A DNA stretch of 64,000 bases from Candidatus Latescibacterota bacterium (GTDB lineage: Bacteria; Latescibacterota; UBA2968; GCA-2709665). The translations under genes and the position numbers were made by a program. The stretch lies in assembly GCA_965248435.1 (NCBI GenBank), contig OZ252100.1:3168001-3232000 (forward strand), given 5' to 3'. Under the pieces are notes generated by a model that was not told the DNA's origin, did not search any database, and worked only from the letters and a program-made list of their open reading frames with translations. Shown here in pieces: positions 48,614-59,204 of this stretch; within the stretch, counting starts at the first letter, position 1, and each line of letters opens with the position of its first letter.

Positions 48614-49771
48614 ATGCGGCACGACTCCTCAAAACTAACGCAGTCTACCCGTCCTGAGCGGGCACCAGACGCTGAGCTTGTCCAGCTTACGCTTCAGGGC
48701 GCAGATGAGGCCTTCGCAGAGCTTGTGAACCGGTATAGTCGAATGGTTTTCGGGACAGCGTGGGCGGATTTGAGACAGGTAGAGGACGTCGAGGACGCGT
48801 TGCAGGAGACGTTTCTCCTCGCCTATCGGTGCCTCGGGGATCTACGCGATCCTGGAAGGTTCGGGTCGTGGCTATACGCGATAGCGAGGAACACCGTCCG
48901 TAAGGCACTGGGCAGGAGGCGACTTAAACTCGCTGAGCAAGAAGAGGTTACGCAACGGGAGAGAGAAAACGAGAACGCTGAAGAGGCCATCGCGCATCTC
49001 ATTCCGGCAATGGAAGTGATGACCCCGGAGGATCGGTCCGTAGTCGTGTTGTTCTATCTCGTCGGCATGAGTCAGAAGAGAATCGCACAGTTGATCTCGG
49101 TTCCGGAAGGGACAGTCAAGAGCAGGCTTTACCGTGCCCGAAAGATCCTTAAACGGAGGCTACTCGACATGGCAAAAGAGCGTTTGAATTCAATCGGACC
49201 GCACGATGACTATGGCCGGGACATCATCGGTGGTATGCGCGGAGAGATTCACTGGAGGAGGCTACTCGAAGGGAAGGGACTGGAGAATTGGAGGTGTTCT
49301 GAGGAAGAGATGGAGGCCTGGACGCGGTCGGACCAGGCGATCGTCGGCGAAGTTCCGGATGAACAGGGGTCCAGGCTCTTCACGGGGGATGAAACCTGGA
49401 GAAACTACGAGCTATCTGTTCTCGTCACGCCAATATCTGGCGGAAACGCCCAGATCCAGTTTCGGATCACCGAGGATCGAAACGGATATTACATGATGGA
49501 CTTTCTGCTCGGTTGGCGCGCTATTGCCATCAGCAGGGGGACGTCGGGTTTCCCCGGCGTGGAAAAGCTGAGCGTTGTCAACTTCCCCGCAGAACGCGGC
49601 CGTGAATACAACGTCCAGATTGCGGCCCGCGATTCATCTCTGACGACCTACGTGGACGGAAAGCTGGTGAACCAGTTGACCGACGCTTCGTTCGAGTCTG
49701 GCCCCATCGCCCTTTGCGCCTGGCACTCGAAGACCGCATTCCGGGATCCGCGAATTCGGCATCTTCACTAA
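48614..49771 (+). CDS. ECF sigma factor fused to a C-terminal DUF1080 (3-keto-disaccharide hydrolase/ConA-like) domain
   Basis: DVEDALQETFL, FGSWLYAIARN, VPEGTVKSRL; tail GDETWRNYEL...YVDGKLV...GPIAL...FRDPRIR. Confidence 0.85.
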   Translation: MRHDSSKLTQSTRPERAPDAELVQLTLQGADEAFAELVNRYSRMVFGTAWADLRQVEDVEDALQETFLLAYRCLGDLRDPGRFGSWLYAIARNTVRKALGRRRLKLAEQEEVTQRERENENAEEAIAHLIPAMEVMTPEDRSVVVLFYLVGMSQKRIAQLISVPEGTVKSRLYRARKILKRRLLDMAKERLNSIGPHDDYGRDIIGGMRGEIHWRRLLEGKGLENWRCSEEEMEAWTRSDQAIVGEVPDEQGSRLFTGDETWRNYELSVLVTPISGGNAQIQFRITEDRNGYYMMDFLLGWRAIAISRGTSGFPGVEKLSVVNFPAERGREYNVQIAARDSSLTTYVDGKLVNQLTDASFESGPIALCAWHSKTAFRDPRIRHLH

Positions 49772-49782
49772 CTCAAGGGATA

Positions 49783-51976
49783 CTATGCCACAGCGCCGTT
49801 CGCCTTCAGAAGGGCCTCGACTTTGGTGTGGCCTTTTCGCTCTGCCCAAAAGAGAGGCGTGGCCCACGGTTCGTCATCAGGAAGGTTCGGCTTCGCCCCG
49901 TGCTCCATGAGCCACCCGGCCATATCTGCGTGCCCGTTCATGGCGGCCCAGGCGAGCGGGGTCGCTTTGTAGACGTCGTCTCGCGCGTGGATATCCGCCC
50001 CGTATTCCAGCATCACATCGAGCCCATCGGCATTCCAGACGCTCCTGAATGGGTGTTCCCCGAAGCCCAGCCGCGCCATGACGTGAAGGATGAACTTCCC
50101 GCCCCGAGCCTGCACGTTTGGGTCCACACCGTTCTCGAACAGTTCACGAAGCACGTTCGGCCAGTTGCGGGCACGATACAGCGTCCATTGACTCACCTTC
50201 TTCGCGTCCGCACCCGCACGAAACGCCATCCGCACGATTGCGAGAGGTTTTTCTTCGGGGAGCTGCTCGTCGAACGTCGAGATGAACTCGTCGGCCAGTG
50301 ACGGATCAGCCTTGAGAACCGCCGCCGCCACGGGCAGGTCACCCTTTTGCGCGTAGTAATAGGAATACACGCTGCCACCATACGACGCGAGGAGATCGGC
50401 CATCTCTGAGAACCCCTTGTTAAGGGCCCAGCTCATCGCATTCCCGCTCGAATCAGACCACGCGTCCGGATCTGCTCCCGCTTCCAGCAGGAGACGCCCC
50501 GACTCCAGGTCGTTGTGAAACGATGCCATAAACAGCGGGTACGCGCTGCCCTCTAGCCTGCGTCTCCTCCTCTGCATTCGGATCGGCACCCGCCTCCAGC
50601 AGCAGTTTTACGATGTTGCTTCGTTGATAGATCGCTGCATAGCTCAGAGGTCGGATACTGCAGGTGTCCGGCGCGTTGGCCCGTGACCTGTCCTCTTCCA
50701 AGAGGAGCTCGACACGCTCGCGATCGCCAAGCGCAGCGGCGATATGAATCGTCAGCTCCGCACCCTTCTCTACGAAATAACGGGTCACATCCAGACGTCG
50801 AAATCCGGATCCCCGCCAGGGGCTGTTGCTCCAGATCGTCAGGTGAATCGGCTGATACCCCAGGAAGTTCTTCGCTTCCAGGTCGGCCCCGCTTTCAACA
50901 AGGTGATCGATCAGGGTCAGGGGGGCGTTCTCGATTTGCGCAGCTCGATGCAGGAGTGTATTGCCGTCATCATCGGCCGCACGAACCCGGGCGGGGTCTT
51001 CTTCGACCAATGCGGATATCTGATCGAAATGCACGTCGGTCAGCTCCCCGGGCGGCAGCGCCAGAAGTTCTCGAATCGGATCCTTTTCGGATACCTTGTC
51101 CTGATCGGATCTGCGAGCAGTTTCCAGCAAGGTCACGACTTCGTCGAATCCCCTCAGTCGGGCGATTTCGAGCGTCGTAATCCCTGCGTGATTACGAAGC
51201 ATGTGCTCATACGGGTCCGGGTTCGCGCCCCTTTCAAGCAATACCCTGACGACTTCGGTGTGGCCTTCACGGACGGCGTAGTGCAACGGTGAGAAACTGT
51301 CCCTACCATCCTCCTTGAGCAGATCGGGCTGATCATCAAGAAGCTTCGTTACCGCATCGACATCGCCGGCCTTGCACGCATTGATGAGGTAGACTTCAGA
51401 AGCGAAGGTGTCGTCAACAAACGATGTCTTCTCCGGTTTGACCTTCTTCGCCATCGCGGACATCCTCTCTTTGATCATCCGTCTGCCGGAACGCAGCCGG
51501 TTCTTTACCGTGGAAACTGGTATCTCCAGAAAAGTGACGATCTCTCTCTGGGAGTAGTCGCCGAAGTAGAACAGGCTGATGACTTCCCGCTCAGAGTCAG
51601 GAAGTGTTCGAAGCGCGTTGAGAACCGCCGTCCGATCCTCCTCGGCCTCCATCAACAAATCCTGACCCGGCTCGCTCGTTGGAATCTCAGAGGTCTCCTC
51701 CAGAGAGACCGCCTGCTGAGATGCCCCACGTGCCCTCTTGCACTGGGTGACCAGGATTCGGCGAAACCAGGAGGCAAAGGCTTCTGGCGCCTTCAGGCTC
51801 GGCAGGCTCCGATACGCGGCCAGAAAGGCCTCCTGGGCCGCGTCTTCCGCCAGATGATAGTCGCCCAACACAGAGAACGCGTAGCCCACGGCCATGTTCT
51901 GAAACCGGCGGACAATGGCGTCAAAGGCTACAAGATCCCCGCTGCGGGCGCGACTAATGAGCTCGGTCAGTTGCAT
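49783..51976 (-). CDS. ECF sigma factor fused to ankyrin repeats, frameshifted near 50540-50556
   Basis: LAEDAAQEAFL, IPVSTVKNRL, then ankyrin repeats (SPLHYAVREGH); the repeats continue in the ORF 49783-50589 frame. Confidence 0.8.
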
Positions 51977-52112
51977 GGGTTGGGCTGGAGATGACTTTGG
52001 CCAATCATCTAAAAAGAGTCCAGAATCGTGTAGAGGTGTACGAAAAGATTCCGAGTGACGTGGGCTAAGCCCAAAGGTCCCATTTTTAGCCTTCTCAAGA
52101 AGATTTTCCAGG

Positions 52113-52148
52113 CAAAAGAAAGGGCGACGGCCCTTAAACCCATCGCCC
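52113..52148 (-). terminator. Intrinsic terminator after the ankyrin gene
   Basis: Minus strand GGGCGATGG-N9-CCGTCGCCC-TTTCTTTT. Confidence 0.65.
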
Positions 52149-52167
52149 CCTCTGGACTCTGAAATCG

Positions 52168-53742
52168 TCAGTCAGAAATCGCTTTCCTCTCTCCCAATAC
52201 GCGATCCACAACCTCGTGCCCCGTCGGAAGCTGGATCCTCCCGTAATCCGCTCCGGCCTCGATCAGCGCATCGATGATCCCTTCCGCCTCCCGATCGTTC
52301 CCCTTCCCGGTCACCCATCCGTAGATCGATGAGCTCAACGGCGTGCCGTTGAAGTCGTGGGTTGCGGTCAGATCCGCACCGCGGTCGATGAGCAGCTTCA
52401 CGATGTCCAGATGCCCGTACCATCCCGCCTGATGGAGCGCCGTGAATCTATACTGCCCTCTAGCCTCGATGTCGAATCCCAGGTCCAGCATCAGGTGGAC
52501 TGCGTCGGCGTGTCCCTGAACGGCGGCGTAGGTCAGGCAGGCCTGGTCGGATTCGGTCAGTTCGCCCAGGACATTGGGTGCCGTCTCCAGAATCTTCCGG
52601 GCGCCTGGTTCATCGGCCATCGCGCACGCTGAGACGAACTGTTCCTTCGTCGTGGGGGTTCCGGCAAACCCGCGCGTCTGGATCGAATCCATCACGTCTT
52701 TCCGTCCTCTGACGGCCGCGAGCACGAAGGCAGACTGTTCGTCTACCTCCAGGTTGGGATCGGCGTTAGCGTCCAGGAGCGTGTCGATGATTTCGATAGA
52801 ACGGTAGCGGATGATCGCGTGCTGCAGCGCGGTCTTGCCGAATCGTCGCGCATCGTTTGGATCGGCGCCCATCTCCAGCAGTGCACGGACGGCATCCTGT
52901 TCCTCGAAGTCCAATTTTCGAAACAGGGTCGTCGTCAGATGCTCGCGATCGAGCCCGTGGTCTGCCAGAGCCCGGGCGCACGCGATCGGTGCTTCACCTG
53001 CGTGGTAGTAGGCCTCGTCGTCGTCCAGGTTCGCGCCGCGCTCGAGGAGCAGGCGGGCAAGGTCCGGGTTGAGCGACACTCCGATTGCGCCGAAGAGCGC
53101 GGTCCCCGCACCTTCGTCCAGAGGAAACCAGGCATTCGGGTCAGCTCCATTGTCGAGCAGCAGCCTTGCGATCTCAGTAAGCCGCCGGGGATAACCCCTA
53201 TCTGTGTGGCGATGGAGGCGCGAGTAGCTCGCGTAGAGGATCGGCGACCATCTCCGCACACCGCAGGGTGTCGTCGCGACGGATGCATCGTTGCCGATCG
53301 CCCGCGCCACGGCCTGGACATTCCCCGTGACGATCGATGTCTCGAACGTCTCCGACGACAACTTGGGATGAGTGGCCAGCATGTCACAGGCTTCCCTGAA
53401 CTCTGTCGCATGAAGATGGTCCTCCGCGTTGCAGTTCGTCGCAACAGCGCGGTCGATGAACCTCTCGACCGTCACGGCGTCTGCGTCACCCTTCATCTCA
53501 CCACGCGCGGCCAGATGATCCATCAGGGCCCGCCAGCTGTCGAACCCGAACTCTCTCGCGATGACCGACTGGGCATCTGCGAGGGAGGTGTCGGCGTCTT
53601 GCGAATCCGCGTACTTGGGCAGGACGGCGCCAAACCGCTCGAGCGCCTCACTGTCGCGCGCACGAAAGGCCTTCAACAGGCGTTTGGCCTGATTCCGAAG
53701 GTGCTCCGCGTTGGGTCTGGGAGGTAGATGCTTGGAAGACAT
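52168..53742 (-). CDS. Ankyrin-repeat protein with N-terminal LPxRPNxEHLRNQAKRLL helical module
   Basis: N-terminal module ending LADAQSVIAREFGFDSW; multiple ankyrin repeats (TALHQAGWYGH). Confidence 0.9.
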   Translation of the reverse strand: MSSKHLPPRPNAEHLRNQAKRLLKAFRARDSEALERFGAVLPKYADSQDADTSLADAQSVIAREFGFDSWRALMDHLAARGEMKGDADAVTVERFIDRAVATNCNAEDHLHATEFREACDMLATHPKLSSETFETSIVTGNVQAVARAIGNDASVATTPCGVRRWSPILYASYSRLHRHTDRGYPRRLTEIARLLLDNGADPNAWFPLDEGAGTALFGAIGVSLNPDLARLLLERGANLDDDEAYYHAGEAPIACARALADHGLDREHLTTTLFRKLDFEEQDAVRALLEMGADPNDARRFGKTALQHAIIRYRSIEIIDTLLDANADPNLEVDEQSAFVLAAVRGRKDVMDSIQTRGFAGTPTTKEQFVSACAMADEPGARKILETAPNVLGELTESDQACLTYAAVQGHADAVHLMLDLGFDIEARGQYRFTALHQAGWYGHLDIVKLLIDRGADLTATHDFNGTPLSSSIYGWVTGKGNDREAEGIIDALIEAGADYGRIQLPTGHEVVDRVLGERKAISD

Positions 53743-53875
53743 GTCAACCCTCTCTCGGAAAGTCGCCCGGGGCCCGCACGCTCAGGCAGAGAAGAAGGTT
53801 GATAATAAGATGTATTGCAGAGGAGGGTGGGCTTTGCCCTTTACGCGGACCTGGAGGCGCCCCTTGCGCGCCGAT
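53743..53875 (-). ncRNA. Candidate cis-regulatory structured 5' leader
   Basis: Two hairpins, a 9-bp long-range pairing and a 10-bp anti-SD pairing, located between a promoter and the ATG. Confidence 0.5.
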
Positions 53876-53880
53876 GGTGC

Positions 53881-53909
53881 AATATAGCGCCATCCAGGAT
53901 TCGCGTCAA
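53881..53909 (-). promoter_or_regulatory. Sigma70 promoter for the ankyrin gene
   Basis: Minus strand TTGACG-N17-TATATT. Confidence 0.7.
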
Positions 53910-53918
53910 GCAGGGTCG

Positions 53919-54293
53919 TTATCTGATGCCAAGCCAGATCAGGACTGCGATTACCAGGAGGACACCCCACGAGAAGTGCCTGCCTCTGGATACGGCGAAC
54001 GACACGATTGCTGAGGCGAGGAAGGTAAGCGCGATTGCGCAGACCAGCTTTTGAATATCTTCACCCGCTGGCATCGACGCCAGAAGAACCAGCAGCGCGC
54101 TGAAGCCCCACCAGGAGACACTCACGATATGCCAGAACAGGCGCAGCACCCTGAGCGTGAACACCGAGGATCCGAGGGTTTCGGGCAGTCCCTCGGTCGC
54201 CAGTTTCGAAAGAATCAGGCGCTCTCCAAGGACCGAGTGCAGCAGGCCCCCTACCGCGCTCAGGCCTGCGGCCACCAGAAGGGGCGTGTTCAT
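53919..54293 (-). CDS. Small 4-TM membrane protein
   Basis: ATGA overlap with the upstream gene; LHSVLGERLI...WH...RGRHFSW. Confidence 0.75.
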   Translation of the reverse strand: MNTPLLVAAGLSAVGGLLHSVLGERLILSKLATEGLPETLGSSVFTLRVLRLFWHIVSVSWWGFSALLVLLASMPAGEDIQKLVCAIALTFLASAIVSFAVSRGRHFSWGVLLVIAVLIWLGIR

Positions 54294-55120
54294 CCTGTTC
54301 CCTCCACAGAGGTCAGCCGACCGGCCGGGTTGGGTTTTCCCCAAACGATGTCCGAAGTGCACCTGCCCTGAATCCGGCCATCGATCAGGTTGACCGTTCC
54401 CTCTGCTGCCTGTTTTTCGATCCGATCGCGAACCAGGTCGTCGAAGGCGTTTGCGCGCTCCTCTCCCATCCTGTCTCTCGACAGGCCGTTTTGAGAGTGC
54501 CGACACTCCAGGTATACTTCGACGGTCGGACACCAGGCGGTAGATCCCAGATCGACCTCACCGACCCGTTCGAAAAGGTCTGCTTCCTGAACCGCCTGGA
54601 CGTGATTCCACGGAAAATATTTCTGGTTGGTAGAGTATTCGGCGATGAACTCATTGTCCTTGATTCCGGTGACCCAGTCGCGTTCGACGATGGCCAGGTA
54701 ACCCTCAGGAGAGAGAAGATCGGCGAACCGCGGCATCACCAGATTCAGGTCGAACCAGTGCAGACAGGCGCCCGCTGTGATCAGGCCGTAGGGACCCGTG
54801 ACCGGCGCGGTCTCGATGTGCGAGGCCACCCACGTGATCCCCGGATGGTCTCCTCCCGCGAGTGTTCGAGCTCGCGCGATCATCCGCTCCGAGAAATCCA
54901 CCGCGTCAACGCGTGCGACGCGCTCGGCCATCGGCCGCGCGATGTCGCCAAGTCCGGTGCCGACATCGAGCAGGGCATCGACCTCCGGATCGATCAACTC
55001 CGCCAGCTTGTCGTAAACCTCATCGGGATAGGGCGGCCGGGCGTGATAGACCTGAACCACGCTGGCGTCTTGAAAGGTCCTGGCGTATTCCTCGCCCCGA
55101 AACTCTGGTTTGTTGAGCAT
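54290..55120 (-). CDS. Class I SAM-dependent methyltransferase
   Basis: YHARPPYP, LLDVGTGLG, ACLHWF. Confidence 0.9.
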   Translation of the reverse strand: MLNKPEFRGEEYARTFQDASVVQVYHARPPYPDEVYDKLAELIDPEVDALLDVGTGLGDIARPMAERVARVDAVDFSERMIARARTLAGGDHPGITWVASHIETAPVTGPYGLITAGACLHWFDLNLVMPRFADLLSPEGYLAIVERDWVTGIKDNEFIAEYSTNQKYFPWNHVQAVQEADLFERVGEVDLGSTAWCPTVEVYLECRHSQNGLSRDRMGEERANAFDDLVRDRIEKQAAEGTVNLIDGRIQGRCTSDIVWGKPNPAGRLTSVEGTG

Positions 55121-57127
55121 TCAAACTGTCCGATAGAACCAGATGGCCGCGCTACGTTTCGGTAGGGTAAATGTGAAACCCTCCTGGTTCAAATCCTCTC
55201 CCGAGATCTCCCTTGTTTCACCCGATTCGGGATTCTCGAACGCATAGGTCACGCCGGGATCGACCTCCTGAGGGTGGATCGTGAGCGTCTCCTCGGGGGA
55301 TTCCGGCAGCCGAAATCCCTGAACAAACCCGCTGCCTCTTTCGGGACGGTCGAACTGCCTGGCGACCCATTTTTCCGGACTGCGATGGAACGGGGTGAGC
55401 GGGTAGTAGTCCCCATACAGGATGAATTCCGACGCCCTGCGCCAGATGTCGATCATTCTGTTGGCGAGATCGTAGTCGTAATCGTCCCGACGGATGTCCA
55501 GACTCGCGAAGAGCATGGCGGCCATGCCGCTGTGGAAGGCGTAGCTGTCTACGCGGGGGTCGTATCTCGCCCCGCCGTCGATATCCCACGAGCTGCTGTG
55601 GGACTTGAAGTAGGGGATCCACTCGAAGAGCGTACGGTGGTATGCCAGCTTGACGGGATGATCCCCGTAGGCGTGGTCGGAATAGTGAAGCGGAACAGAG
55701 CGACGCATGGTTTCGAAATCATTCCGGCGTCCCCCGCCCGCGCAGGAATCGATCCAGAGTCCCGGGTTTCGTTCCAGCAGGTCATCATAGTACTGAAGGT
55801 AGCCCTGGGCGTGCAGGTTCTCGTTCATCCCCTGGCGGTCCGGACCCTCGTTCTCACGCCAGTATTGAAGCGGCTCGGTGCCTGCATCGTCCACGAAGTT
55901 GAGATCCTGTCTGTAGATCTTGATGCCGTTCTCCCTGATCAACCGGCAGACGTGGTCGGTGAGCCACTGGCGGCATTCCGGGAGGGCCAGGTTCAACAGC
56001 CTGGCGTCGACGCCCTCTCTCCTGAGCAGCCAGTCCGGGTGTTCTGTATCGATCCTGGTGCCCTCCCAGACCCTTTCCGGCTCGAACCATAGCAGCAGGT
56101 CGGCGCCGCTTTGAGCCGCAGCGTCGGATATCGCCTTGAAGCCGTTCGGGAACCTCTTTGGATCGGGCTCCCACGTGCCGATGCCTCTGCTCCATGCGCT
56201 TCTTCCAAGTTCTTCGATGTAGCACGGGAACCAGCCGGCATCGATCCACCAGACGTTAAACGGAAGGCCGTGCCGCCTGGTCTTTTCGATATACTTCAGC
56301 TGGTTCTCTTCCGTGGCCTCCGTCCATTCCTTGCCTTCATCCGTGCCGCCGAAGGCCAGCAGCGGTTTCAAGGGCTGACCGTCGGGCCTGGGGAGGATGT
56401 GGGTTAAATACCACCGGCGCCACAGGTTCACCGCCCTTGTGACATCCCCTGTCCAGGAGAGGAGGGTGATTCGCGGCGTGCGGATCGTTTCGCCGGGCTG
56501 GAGGCGCAGATGCGTCACCTCCTGACCCGCGCGGATGCGCACGCCTTCTTTGAGCCGTTCAAAACGGACCGACCACTGTCCGGGCCAGCCGATGGCCATC
56601 GTTAGACCACAGCCCTCGAACATCACGCGGTAGTAGGGAAAGGCGTGGTCGCAGGGGCGGCCTCCCACAGGGGCAAACTCGAGCGTGTCTCCTGCGTTCA
56701 AGGGAGTCTCGACAGGTTCGTAACATTCGTCGCTATGGTAGTCGCCGTTGCAGTGATACACGGCGGGAGAAGCACCTGTGAACGCATCATCCATCGCAAG
56801 GATGTCGCGGATGATCGGGGTGGGCTCGTCGCCCTTGTTCGTAAACCACGCCACCCATTCCACGACCGGGAAATCTCGGTAGACCGTGCACTCGACTCTG
56901 ACGTTCAAACCGGTCCGGGTGTCATTGCCTTCGAACACCGTTTCGGAAATGTTGGCGTCGATGCGGCGCCATTTTGAAGACGGATTCCAGTCCTCCGGAA
57001 TACCGGAGATGGCGCGCTCATCATACGTGAGCGAGATGGGAAGCGCGGCGGGGTTGGAGATGAATCTGCTCGTCCACTCCCGACTCTGCTGCATGTCTTC
57101 AGGGCGTGTCGCCTGTGTGACATTCAT
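55121..57127 (-). CDS. GH36 alpha-galactosidase-like protein (copy C)
   Basis: WWIDAGW, LLWFEPE, IYRQD, IDSCAGGGRR. Confidence 0.88.
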   Translation of the reverse strand: MNVTQATRPEDMQQSREWTSRFISNPAALPISLTYDERAISGIPEDWNPSSKWRRIDANISETVFEGNDTRTGLNVRVECTVYRDFPVVEWVAWFTNKGDEPTPIIRDILAMDDAFTGASPAVYHCNGDYHSDECYEPVETPLNAGDTLEFAPVGGRPCDHAFPYYRVMFEGCGLTMAIGWPGQWSVRFERLKEGVRIRAGQEVTHLRLQPGETIRTPRITLLSWTGDVTRAVNLWRRWYLTHILPRPDGQPLKPLLAFGGTDEGKEWTEATEENQLKYIEKTRRHGLPFNVWWIDAGWFPCYIEELGRSAWSRGIGTWEPDPKRFPNGFKAISDAAAQSGADLLLWFEPERVWEGTRIDTEHPDWLLRREGVDARLLNLALPECRQWLTDHVCRLIRENGIKIYRQDLNFVDDAGTEPLQYWRENEGPDRQGMNENLHAQGYLQYYDDLLERNPGLWIDSCAGGGRRNDFETMRRSVPLHYSDHAYGDHPVKLAYHRTLFEWIPYFKSHSSSWDIDGGARYDPRVDSYAFHSGMAAMLFASLDIRRDDYDYDLANRMIDIWRRASEFILYGDYYPLTPFHRSPEKWVARQFDRPERGSGFVQGFRLPESPEETLTIHPQEVDPGVTYAFENPESGETREISGEDLNQEGFTFTLPKRSAAIWFYRTV

Positions 57128-57138
57128 TGCGGTCCCCT

Positions 57139-59193
57139 TTATTCGGACTTCCTTCGATAGAACCAGATGGCCGCGCTGCGCTTCGGAAGCGTAAATGTGA
57201 AACCCTCCTGGCTCAAATTCTTTCCTGAGATCTTTGTGGTTTCACCCGATTCAGGGTTCTCGAATGCGTAGGTTGCATCTGAACTGATTTCCTTTGGATG
57301 GATCGTGAATTTCTCGTCCGGGGACTCTGGAAACCTGAACCCCTGAATGAATCCGCTGCCTCTCTCCGGGCGGTCGAACTGCCTGGCGACCCATTTTTCC
57401 GGACTGCGATGGAACGGGGTGAGCGGGTAGTAGTCCCCATACAGAATGAATTCCGATGCCCTGCGCCAGATGTCGATCATTCTGTTGGCGAGTTCGTAGT
57501 CGTAATCGTCGCGGCGGATGTCCAGAGACGGGTGCAACATGGCTGCCATGCCGCAGTGGAATGAGTAGCTGTCTATGCGGTCGTTGTATCTACCCTTCTG
57601 AGGGAGTCCATCGCGAACCGGATTTCTTCGTTTCCCCTGCGCATCGAGATCCCAGGAGCTCGTGCTCGACTTGAAGTAGGGGATCCACTCGTAGAGCGTA
57701 CGGTGGAATGCCAGCTTCACCGGATGGTTTCCGTAGCCGTGGTCAGTGATGTGCAGCGGCACGGAGCGCCGAAGGGTTTCGAAATCATTGCGGCGTCCGC
57801 CTCCTGCGCAGGAATCGATCCAGAGGCCTGGGTTTCGTTCCAGCAGGTCATCATAGTACTGAAGGTAGCCCTGGGCGTGCAGGTTCTCGTTCATCCCCTG
57901 GCGGTCCCGGTCATCATTCTCACGCCAGAACTGCAGCGGCTCGGTGCCTGCATCGTCCACGAAGTTGAGATCCTGTCTGTAGATCTTGATGCCGTTCTCC
58001 CTGATCAGCCGGCAGACGTGGTCGGTCAGCCACTGGCGACATTCCGGGATGCCCAGGTTCAGCAGCCTGTTCTCGCTAGTGTCATCTCTCCTGAGCAGCC
58101 ATTCGGGATGTTCCTTATCGATCCCGGTGCCCGGGTGTACCCTTTCCGGTTCGAACCAGAGCAGCAGGTCGGCACCGCTTCGAGCAGCAGCGTCGGAGAC
58201 CGGTTTGAGGCCATCAGGGAATCTTTCAGGATCCGGCTCCCACCTGCCAGTCACACCCCACTTCCTCGTCACACCGTCCTCCGTGTAGCAGGGGTACCAG
58301 CCGGCATCTATCCACCAGATGTCAAATGGAATGCCGAGTCTCTTGGTCTTCTCTATGTACCGGAGCTGGTTTTCTTCGGTGGCTTCTGTGAATTCCGAAC
58401 CCTCATCCGTGCCGTTGCAGGCGAGAAGCGGCTTCAACGGCTGGCCTTTGGGCCTGGGAAGGATGTGGGCGAGGTACCACCGCCGCCACAAGTTGATTGC
58501 CCTCGAGGTATCCCCCGTCCAGGACAGCAGGGTGATCCGCGGCGTACGGATCGTTTCGCCCGGCTGGAGACGCAGGTTGATCACCTCCTGCCCCGCCCTA
58601 ATGTGTACACCGTCTGCAACCGACTGGAAACTGACCGACCACTGTCCGGGCCAGCCGATGGCCATCGTGAGACCGCAGCCCTCGAACATCACGCGGTAGT
58701 AGGGAAAGGCGTGGTCGCAGGGGCGGCCTCCCACAGGGGCAAACTCGAGCGTGTCTCCTGCGTTCAGGGGGGTCTCGACGGGTTCGTAGCACTCGTCGCT
58801 GCGGTAGTCCCCATTGCAGTGGTAGACGATGGGAGCGGCGCCGCTGATCGGTCCATCGATCGCGAGGATGTCTCGGATGATGGGAGTGGCCCCGCTGCTC
58901 TTATTCGTAAACCAGGCGACCCATTCCACGACCGGGAAGTCGTGGTAAACTGTGCACTCGACTCTGACGTTCAAGCCGGTCGCAGCGTCATTGCCTTCAA
59001 AGACTGTCTGGGAGATGTTGGCGTCGATCCGACGCCTTGTGGAAGACGGATTCCAGTCTTCCGGAAGCCCTGTAACGGCTTTCTCGTCGTAGGTGAAAGA
59101 GATGGGAAGCGCAGCGGGTCCGGAGATGAATCCGCCCGTCCAATCCCTGCTCTTCTGCATGTCTTCAGGGGTTGTGGCCTGTGTAGCATTCAT
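57139..59193 (-). CDS. GH36 alpha-galactosidase-like protein (copy B)
   Basis: Same motifs as copy C; extra loop insertion near DAQGKRRNPVRDGLPQKG. Confidence 0.88.
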   Translation of the reverse strand: MNATQATTPEDMQKSRDWTGGFISGPAALPISFTYDEKAVTGLPEDWNPSSTRRRIDANISQTVFEGNDAATGLNVRVECTVYHDFPVVEWVAWFTNKSSGATPIIRDILAIDGPISGAAPIVYHCNGDYRSDECYEPVETPLNAGDTLEFAPVGGRPCDHAFPYYRVMFEGCGLTMAIGWPGQWSVSFQSVADGVHIRAGQEVINLRLQPGETIRTPRITLLSWTGDTSRAINLWRRWYLAHILPRPKGQPLKPLLACNGTDEGSEFTEATEENQLRYIEKTKRLGIPFDIWWIDAGWYPCYTEDGVTRKWGVTGRWEPDPERFPDGLKPVSDAAARSGADLLLWFEPERVHPGTGIDKEHPEWLLRRDDTSENRLLNLGIPECRQWLTDHVCRLIRENGIKIYRQDLNFVDDAGTEPLQFWRENDDRDRQGMNENLHAQGYLQYYDDLLERNPGLWIDSCAGGGRRNDFETLRRSVPLHITDHGYGNHPVKLAFHRTLYEWIPYFKSSTSSWDLDAQGKRRNPVRDGLPQKGRYNDRIDSYSFHCGMAAMLHPSLDIRRDDYDYELANRMIDIWRRASEFILYGDYYPLTPFHRSPEKWVARQFDRPERGSGFIQGFRFPESPDEKFTIHPKEISSDATYAFENPESGETTKISGKNLSQEGFTFTLPKRSAAIWFYRRKSE

Positions 59194-59204
59194 TGCGGTC
59201 CCCT

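Noticed and set aside
53782-53970. 62-aa leader peptide ORF
   Set aside because: It begins inside the upstream gene and crosses the promoter; the region is better explained as promoter plus UTR.
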